Assembly (NCBI GenBank): GCA_013416795.1
Contig: RQSC01000015.1
Coordinates: forward strand, 555,909 to 571,582
Length of the DNA: 15,674 bases
Direction of reading: 5' to 3'
Source: Prasinococcaceae sp. CCMP 1430
Lineage: Eukaryota > Plantae > Prasinodermophyta
The notes beneath the pieces are model-generated. The model saw only the letters and a list, made by a program, of their open reading frames with translations. It was not told the origin of the DNA and made no database searches. Within the stretch, counting starts at the first letter, position 1; the number at the start of each line of letters is the position of its first letter. A program made the position numbers and the translations under genes. Below are positions 8,612 to 15,674 of the stretch, piece by piece.

Positions 8612-8786
8612 GGCGCAGGGCCGAAGGTTGGGGCTGGGCGGGGCGGGCCGAGGGGACGGAGGGAGCGAGGGGACGAAGCGAAGGGAGCGAAGGGAGTGCG
8701 CGAGCGAGGGAGGGTGGCGCCGCCCGCGCCGCGCGGCGCGGCGCGCTGTGGCGCCAGCGGGGCGCCAGCGGGGCGGCGTCAACACA

Positions 8787-8932
8787 TGGAATCTGATCTG
8801 GAATCTAAGAAGGAATCCACATCAAAATAGATGGAATCCACTCTCCCCAGTGCATGCTAATATATGTAACTTCATAGATACACATGCATGCATGGATTCT
8901 GCAACTATTGGCATGATTTTGATGGATTCCAT
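8787..8932. promoter_or_regulatory. AT-richer island with six GAATC/GATTC motifs between two divergent genes (candidate bidirectional promoter or MITE remnant)
   Basis: GGAATC at 8788, 8800, 8812 and 8833; inverted GATTC at 8895 and 8925. ATGGAATCCA (8831-8840) is the perfect reverse complement of 8923-8932. Confidence 0.4.
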
Positions 8933-9076
8933 ATCCAACACGATGCAGTACAGAGTGCACGTGGCCTGCTGCCGACACGCGCGAGCGTGGGGGGGGTGGG
9001 TGGGTGGGGGGATCCCACGCTGCTGTGGCAGCCATGCGACAAACACCAAGTACGCGCGCCCCCCGGCGAGAGCGGC

Positions 9077-10615
9077 ATGCTGCCCGTGCCCGGCACGACC
9101 GACGGGCACATCTTCTACTGGTACTTCCCGCCGCGGGTGCCGCCCGCGGACGGCGCCACGCCGCCGCTCGTGCTGTGGATGACCGGCGGACCGGGCTGTA
9201 GCTCGGAGCTCGCCATATTCAAGGAGAACGGGCCGTACCACATGGAGACTGCAGGCGTGTACACGCCCAACCCGGTGCGACGTCGCGCGCGTACGCGCGC
9301 GCGGAAGCGCACACCGCCGCGACTGCCGCCGCCGCCGCCGCGCGACAGCCGTCCGCGCGGCGTCTGACCCCCACTCTCCTTGCACCATCTGGATCTCAAC
9401 GCTCTGCGAACGCTCCAGTACGGCTGGAACGAGCACGCGGGGCTGCTGTTTGTCGACCAACCCATAGGAACGGGCTTCTCGTACGGCGCGGCCGAGGACT
9501 ACTGCACGAGCGAGGAATGCGTGAGCAAGGACATGTACGAAGTGTTGCAGGGATTCTTCGACAAGCACGAGGACCTGCGAGGCGCGGAGTTCTACGTCAC
9601 GGGCGAGAGCTATGCGGTGCGTCGGCGCGCCACGGCGCGACCCCCGCCGCGCCCGCACGCGCCTGTGGCGGTGACGCCGACACGTGCTGACACGCGCCTC
9701 GGGCATATACAGGGACACTACGTGCCCGCCGTGGCGTCGTACATCAGCAAGCAAAATAAAGAGCTTCAGGGCGGCGACTCGCGGCACATCGACCTCAAGG
9801 CGATCGCTATCGGCAACGGACTGACCGATCCCCTCGTGCAGTACTCCGCGTACGGCGACTACGTCCTGGAGCGCGGCCTCATCAGCAAGGCCTTCCGCGA
9901 CACCATCGACCTTGCCTACTACGCTGTGTGTGCGCCCGCCCTGCTCGCGTGCAAGGACAAGGGCGTGGGGTGTGTCATTGGTCTTGAGACGTGCCAGCTG
10001 GCCGTCGTGGCGCCCCTGGTCGCCGCGATCGAGGCCAAGCTGGGCCACGTGATGAACCCCTACAACGTCACTGGCGCCTGCGAGCACCCGCCGCTCTGCT
10101 ATGACTTCTCGGCGATCACCGCGTACATGCAGCTCGAGAGCACGCGCGAGGCGCTGCACGTCACGGGCGACCATGAGTGGGAGACGTGCGATGCGGGCGT
10201 CCACGTCGCGCTTACCGCCGACTGGATGCGCGACCTCGAGCTGGTCGTGCCGGGGCTACTCGCGGACGGCGTGCGCGTGCTCGTGTACGCTGGTGAGGAC
10301 GACTTTATATGCAACTACAAAGGCAACGAAAAATGGGTCCACGCGATGAAGTGGCCGGGGCAGGCGGCGTACGACGCCGCGTCCAAGGACCCCAAGCCAT
10401 GGGTGGTCAATGGCGCGCCGGCGGGCACGGCAATCGAGAGCGGCAACCTGACCTTCCTGAGGGTGTTCAAGGCTGGCCACATGGTGCCCATGGACCAGCC
10501 CGAGGCGGCGCTCGACATGATCAACCGCCTGGTGTCTGGCCGGAGATACGCCGACGGCGTGGTTGTTGATTTTATTGGCCACAGCGAGGGGGAGCATGGC
10601 GCAGCTGCTATTTGA
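9077..10615 (+). CDS. Serine carboxypeptidase, peptidase family S10 (CPY/SCPL-like); exons 9077-9274, 9419-9616, 9713-10615, about 432 aa; true start uncertain
   Basis: Motifs IFYWYF, LWMTGGPGCSS, ENGPY, NP|YGWN, DQPIGTGFSY, GESYA|GHY (catalytic Ser), IGNGLTDP, YAGEDDFICN (Asp) and AGHMVPMDQP (His). Introns 9275-9418 and 9617-9712 are both GT..CTGAC..CAG and their removal restores the motifs. Confidence 0.95.
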
Positions 10616-10632
10616 CTTCAAGTGTGCGCCCA

Positions 10633-10637
10633 TGTAA
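10633..10637 (+). terminator. Putative TGTAA polyadenylation signal of the carboxypeptidase gene
   Basis: TGTAA lies shortly after the TGA at 10613-10615. UGUAA is the established chlorophyte poly(A) signal. Confidence 0.5.
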
Positions 10638-10705
10638 GCCTGAGCGTGGGTAGTCTAATTGACGATGTCACGCAAAGTCCGCCGTTAAGAGCTTTGTACT
10701 TTTTT

Positions 10706-13298
10706 TTATGTATTTGTGCGGTCTCGGCTGCCCAACCCGGCTCTGAGCGCTGCGAGTTCCTCTTCGACTGTCTGCGCGCCGGCGTCGCAGATGACCTTTC
10801 TAAAGAGCCCCCTACCAGCGCTCATTATATAGGCCTCGTTGAGCGCATCTGCGCCGGCTTCCCCGGTGGGATTGCGGGACAGTTAAAGTGTCTTGAGCGT
10901 GCCGTTCGTCTTGAGCGCCTCGGCGAGCGCCCGAGCGCCGATGTCGCTGATGTCATTTCTGGACAGATCAAGCCCCGTGAGCGTGTCGTTCTCCTGGAGC
11001 GCCTGGGCGAGCGCCCGTGCGCCGGCGTCGCCTACGGAATTGTTGTCCAGAGACAGCCACTGGAGCTTGCTGTTATTCCTGAGCGCCGTGGCGAGCGTCT
11101 GGGTACCATCGTCTGCGATGCAATTGTTGTCCAGGTAAAGATGTGTGAGCATGCCGTCCGGGTTTTCGAGCGCCTCAGTGAGCGCCTCGGCGCATTCGTT
11201 ACCGATGGAATTGTTGTACAAGTTCAGCACCTCGAGCGTACCATTGTTTCTGAGCGCCTCAGCGAGTGCTACAACGCCTGCATGGTCGATGGCGGCGTCG
11301 CTACTGCCGTACGTCCCTCTAAGAACGAGGTGGACGATATGCTTGTTTCCATTTAGCTGCTCGAATACATCATTGACCTCACTGCCACGCAGCTTTTGAA
11401 TTTCCAGCACTTCAATCGTCTTGGACTTCTTGAGTTGGCCCCTCCATACGCTCCCGCGTACCGTATCAGCAGGCGGTACGTCAGACCACTCCCTCAATCC
11501 AACGTGTTCCTTCTTGAAAGTGCCGGCCAGCATGCGCACCTGGTCAGCGTGAGCCACCGCGTACTCGCGCGCTGTCCGCGAGGACGCCTCGCGGGCTCGC
11601 CGCCGCTGCTCCATCTCTGTCCTGGCGAACGGCGCAACTGCGATCATCGCAGGGAGCGTGTACTCGCCCGCCGAGGACTCAAATGTCGCCAAGATCTTGA
11701 AGAGCAGCGAGTAGGCAGATGTGACGATGTTCGCGAGCGCAAACGAGTTAATGGCATTGCCACCACCATCGTACGCTGCCGTCACCACCGACGAGATGGC
11801 GATCTGGGGCAAGTCTTCCAATGCCAGGTTGAGCATGAGCATGAACCCGCGTGACGGGTACTTGTCAAGGGGCAACCCGTCGAATTCTCTTCCGACGCAG
11901 AATTTGTGTTTGTCGAGGCGGTCGTAGATTCGCTTTACTAGCCTTCCCGCTAGATCGAATAGCCACCCCGCTAGATCGAAGGTGGCGAATGCCCACGTCA
12001 CGGTGCCCACCGTAGCGAAGACCGCCGTCACGATCATGATCCTCGTCGGGATGAAATTGCCTTGTGAACCCTTGTTGCGCATCACCATTTGCGAGAAAAA
12101 TACCCAGTCAAGAGCCAGGTCGATGTCAGCGGCCACGGACGCGTACAGGGCGCTCCACGTGAGACGATGATACAGCTCGTCGGCTATTAATGAGGACGCT
12201 GACGAAAGGGGCGTGTTGGGCGGGCCCTTGGCCTCTGCGATAGCCTGCTTGATGGAGTTGAGCTCAAAAGTCAATTCCTTTTCGTCCATTGCCTTTTCAT
12301 TTTGTTGCAATTTCGACACAGCACCCTGGCGCGCGTGCTTGAGCCTAACTCGTAACTCCTTCGATGCCTCTGCGGTCTCACCGTCGCCGCTCGCACGTTC
12401 CATAATCCCGTCGAGCACCCGTGCCTCCTCGCACAGCACCTCAATGTCCTTTTGCAAGGTTGTCACCGTCCTCTGTGCCTCAGTCTCGCCCGAGGGCGGC
12501 CACTGCCACAGCTTCTGCAACAAGCGCTGGCAACCACGTAGTACATTCATGGTACCCTTCCGCAGCGTTCCTACGGCAATTGTCGGCGGTGTTGCTTGTG
12601 TCTCCACGGGCGATGCCTCAAGGTCCTCACGCTCTTGTGGAATCTCCCCATGACTCATTTGGCCGTCGTGTTCGCCCTCTCGCCAGTATTCGTGCTGCCT
12701 AACACACCATGAGCATACACACTCGCGCATGGCATCACACAGGCCCGCAAAGAGCTTGAAGAAGAAGATGAAGAAGCTCCATACGCCGCTCTCTAGGCAC
12801 GTGGGTTCCCTTGTCTGCGACGAATCTGGGCCCGACGAGTCATCCTTAGGCTCGCCGCCGCAACAGCATTTCACCCTTTGGCGCGGCTCTCCGCTCCCAC
12901 GCTTCTCCGCCTCCGCCTTGTGGTGGTACCAGCTCCAAAGCAGCAGCACATACAACGAGCGACACACCATGCCAGTGGCGAGGTTGACGTGCGTGAACGC
13001 AACAGTGGCAGGGGCGAGAAGCGCAGCAGCACAACACAGGTCACTCCGTGTGACAGAACTTGGACCGTAGATCCCACACCGTCCCCGTCGACGACTAAGC
13101 GTCCTGCGCGCGGCGGTCAAGGGCGCGCCTCACTGGGCCACGACGAGCGTGAAGGGTGGGACCCCGCGCAGTGTGCAGTGACAAAGTGGCACCGCGCCCC
13201 AGCGCAGCACGCAGCACGCACCCGCGCCTCCTGCAGTGTTCGAGGTGTGTGATAACGAATTGGGACCACGCGCCTCGGAGGTCTCGCTGACTCAGCAT
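10706..13298 (-). CDS. Multi-pass membrane protein with C-terminal 28-aa RI/NLRC3-type LRRs; premature TAA at 10885-10883 (truncated allele or young pseudogene); tentative exons 13298-13222 and 13103-10706
   Basis: A 745-codon open frame with LRRs such as LEVLNLYNNSIGNECAEALTEAL, LTHLYLDNNCIADDGTQTLATAL, LQWLSLDNNSVGDAGARALAQAL and LTGLDLSRNDISDIGARALAEAL. A hydrophobic block carries DIDLALD and EDLPQ. The frame continues 58 codons past the TAA to a second TAA at 10708-10706. The 5' exon (MLSQRDLRG..., phase-2 intron 13221-13104, GTGCGT..CTTGAC..GCAG) is tentative. Confidence 0.75.
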
Positions 13299-13653
13299 GC
13301 GAGGTATCTGCGTACGCAAAGACTCGTGCGGGCAGCGCTGGTGCGTATGAAAATGAAAGGCGTGCTAGAGTGTAAGCCAGCTGTGGCATCTGCTGCCCGC
13401 GTTAGGGTCACTCTAGAAGTTAAAAAGTCAGAAAAATGCATTCACAAATGACCTTGAACTTGGAAATGAATGCGAGTCGCCCGACTTTTGATGGCGTTCT
13501 GTACACCTTTCAATGATCGGCAGTGTCCTCTCTCTCTCTAAAGCTTCTCAGGCTGCAAGTGGGCAGCGGCTGCCTAGTGCGCGCAGAGGCTGCCGCCGAC
13601 GACGCGTGCGCGCGCTGGCCTGTGGCACAGCCTATGTCGAGCGCGCCCCTGCT

Positions 13654-13687
<34 letters not shown>
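13654..13687 (+). repeat. Poly(G) tract, 34 nt
   Basis: Directly visible, intergenic between the LRR gene 5' region and the Cpn60 3' end. Confidence 0.9.
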
Positions 13688-13688
<1 letters not shown>

Positions 13689-13895
13689 CGCGCGCGCACC
13701 CCGCGCGCACCCCGCGCGCGCGCCGCGCCGGCACGGGCGCGCTCTCGCGCCTCGGCCCGGATGGGGGTGAGCTTCCGCGCGCCCACACGCACGCACACAC
13801 GCACGCAGTCACACGACCCAAGCACCCACAGCACCCACCCACACGCGCGCATACGCACGCGCCCACACGTCTGCACCGTGTGTGTTACTGTGTAT

Positions 13896-13900
13896 TTACA
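13896..13900 (-). terminator. Putative TGTAA polyadenylation signal of Cpn60-beta
   Basis: TTACA on the + strand, about 90 nt downstream of the Cpn60 stop codon, in a locally AT-richer patch. Confidence 0.55.
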
Positions 13901-13989
13901 GTACGTAATAACTGCCTCGGCCGCGCCGCCGCTGAGCTACTGTGTTGTGTGTCTTCTCCCCCCCCTGCGTTTCGTGGCGTGCGGCGCCC

Positions 13990-15674
13990 TTACATGGTCA
14001 TGCCGCCGCCCATGCCGGCCTGCGCGGCCTCGGCGGCCTCCGCGGCGGGGTCGGGCTTGTCGACGACGACGACGTCGCTGGTGAGGAAGGTGCGCGCGAC
14101 CGACGACGAGTTCTCGAGCGCGCAGCGGATGACCTTGGTGGGGTCGATGATGCCCGTGGCGAGCAGGTCCTGGTACTCGCCGACGGCGGCGTTGAAGCCG
14201 AAGTTGGGGTTGGCGTCGCCCTTGACCTTCTCGATGACGACCGAGCCGTTGAGGCCGGCGTTGTGCGCGATGAGGCGCATGGGGTAGAGCAGCGCCTTGC
14301 GCACGATGTCGGCGCCCATCTTCTGCTCGTCGTTGTCGAGGGTGTCCCTGATGCCGTCCACCCGGGCGGCGAGCTTGAGCAGCGTGGTGCCACCGCCCGC
14401 CACGATGCCCTCCTCGACGGCCGCCTTGGTGGCGTTGAGCGCGTCCTCCACGCGCAGCTTCTTCTCGCGCAGCTCGGTCTCGGTCTGCGCGCCCACCTGG
14501 ATGATGGCCACGCCGCCCGACAGCTTGGCGATGCGCTCGTTGAGCTTCTCCCTCTCGTAGTCCGCCTCGGCGGCCTCCATGAGCACCTTGACCTGCTTGC
14601 AGCGCGCCTCCACCTCGGCCTCGTGCGTGCCGTCACCCACGATGGTGGTGGTCTCCTTGTTGATGGTGACGCGCGACGCGTCGCCCAGCACCTCGGCGCC
14701 CACCTTGTCGAGGCTCAGGCCCACGTTGTCGCGGATGACCGTGGCGCCCGTCAGGATGGCGATGTCGTCCAGGTAGGAGCTCTTGCGCTCGCCGAAGCCC
14801 GGCGCCTTGATGGCGGCGATCTTGAGCGTGCCGCGCAGCTTGTTGACCACCAGCGTGGCGAGCGCCTCCTGCTCGAGCTCCTCGGCGATGAGAACGATGG
14901 GGAAGCCGCCGCGGATGGCCTCCTCGAGGATGCCCACGATGTCGCGCGCGTTGGAGATCTTCTTGTCCACCAGCAGCAGCTTGCAGTCCTCGTACTCGCA
15001 CACCATGCGCTCGGGGTCGGTAACGAAGTACGGCGAGATGTAGCCGCGCTCGAACGCCATGCCCTCAACCACGAACAGGTTGTCCTCGGCGGTCTTGGAC
15101 TCCTCCATGGTGATGACGCCCTCGCGGCCCACGCGGTCCATCGCGTCGGCGATCAGCTGCCCCACCTCGTCGTTGCCGCCGGCCGACACCGCCGCCACGC
15201 TGGCGAGCTCCGCGTCGTCCACGTCCTTGGAGAGCTCCTTGAGCTCGCCCACCAGCGCCTGGATGGTGCGGTTCATGCCGCGCGTGAGCTGCACGGGGTT
15301 GACGCCGGCGCTCACGATCTTCACGCCCTCGTTGATGAGCGCCTGCGACATGATCGTCGCGGTGGTGGTGCCGTCGCCCGCGAGGTCGTTGGTGCGCTGC
15401 GCGGCCTGGCGCACGAGCCTGGCGCCCACGTTCTCGACGGGGTCGGCGAGCTCGACCTCCTTGGCGACGGTCACGCCGTCGTTGACGATCCTCGGCGAGC
15501 CGTACTTGGACTCGAGCACGACGTTGCGGCCCTTGGGGCCCAGCGTGACGCCCACCACGTCGGCGAGCTTGTCGACGCCCTTCTTCATGCGCTGGATGGC
15601 GCCGTCGTCCTGGAAGAAGAGCTCCTTGACGGCGGTCGCGCGCGCGCGGCGCGGCTGCGCGCGCGCGGCGCGCG
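13990..15674 (-). CDS. CPN60B: Chloroplast chaperonin 60 beta subunit, 5'-partial
   Basis: [51 protein letters not shown] and [16 protein letters not shown] are present, and [13 protein letters not shown] is typical of the plastid beta subunit. The frame stays open upstream of the listed ATG (..[32 protein letters not shown]), giving the mature N-terminus plus an Arg/Ala-rich transit-peptide-like end. The tail is Gly/Met-rich. Confidence 0.95.
   Translation of the reverse strand, partial: RAARAQPRRARATAVKELFFQDDGAIQRMKKGVDKLADVVGVTLGPKGRNVVLESKYGSPRIVNDGVTVAKEVELADPVENVGARLVRQAAQRTNDLAGDGTTTATIMSQALINEGVKIVSAGVNPVQLTRGMNRTIQALVGELKELSKDVDDAELASVAAVSAGGNDEVGQLIADAMDRVGREGVITMEESKTAEDNLFVVEGMAFERGYISPYFVTDPERMVCEYEDCKLLLVDKKISNARDIVGILEEAIRGGFPIVLIAEELEQEALATLVVNKLRGTLKIAAIKAPGFGERKSSYLDDIAILTGATVIRDNVGLSLDKVGAEVLGDASRVTINKETTTIVGDGTHEAEVEARCKQVKVLMEAAEADYEREKLNERIAKLSGGVAIIQVGAQTETELREKKLRVEDALNATKAAVEEGIVAGGGTTLLKLAARVDGIRDTLDNDEQKMGADIVRKALLYPMRLIAHNAGLNGSVVIEKVKGDANPNFGFNAAVGEYQDLLATGIIDPTKVIRCALENSSSVARTFLTSDVVVVDKPDPAAEAAEAAQAGMGGGMTM

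Noticed and set aside
10883-10885. Non-standard genetic code (TAA as Gln, as in some ulvophytes)
   Set aside because: Cpn60-beta and the LSF1-like gene end on TAA at their expected C-termini, and no other in-frame TAA/TAG occurs in conserved exons.
10622-11356. Plus-strand 244-aa ORF with repeated ERLGER words
   Set aside because: It is the antisense shadow of the LRR repeats.
13990-15674. Bacterial groEL contamination
   Set aside because: It has plastid beta-type signature residues, a transit-peptide-like extension and a TGTAA signal, and it is contiguous with intron-containing genes.

Overview
GC-rich eukaryotic genomic DNA, most likely from a green alga. The evidence is spliceosomal introns with GTGCG donors and CTGAC/CTCAC branch sites, TGTAA poly(A) signals, a plastid Cpn60-beta and a starch glucan-phosphatase-family gene. 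Six genes can be reconstructed: (1) a 2-exon ubiquitin-like-domain protein; (2) a 5'-partial LSF1-like DSP-CBM48 protein with a very long acidic low-complexity N-terminus; (3) a 3-exon DoxX/TMEM35-like small membrane protein; (4) a 3-exon S10 serine carboxypeptidase; (5) a lower-GC gene encoding helical segment + multi-TM domain + RI-type LRRs, with a premature TAA inside its last LRR; (6) a 5'-partial chloroplast Cpn60-beta. A 718-bp block (322-1039) recurs identically at 2667-3384, directly after a single N. The two copies diverge at one point, which looks like two alleles, one carrying a >1.6-kb non-coding insertion. There is a 729-N gap at 4259-4987. All family assignments come from my recall of motifs, not from database searches.
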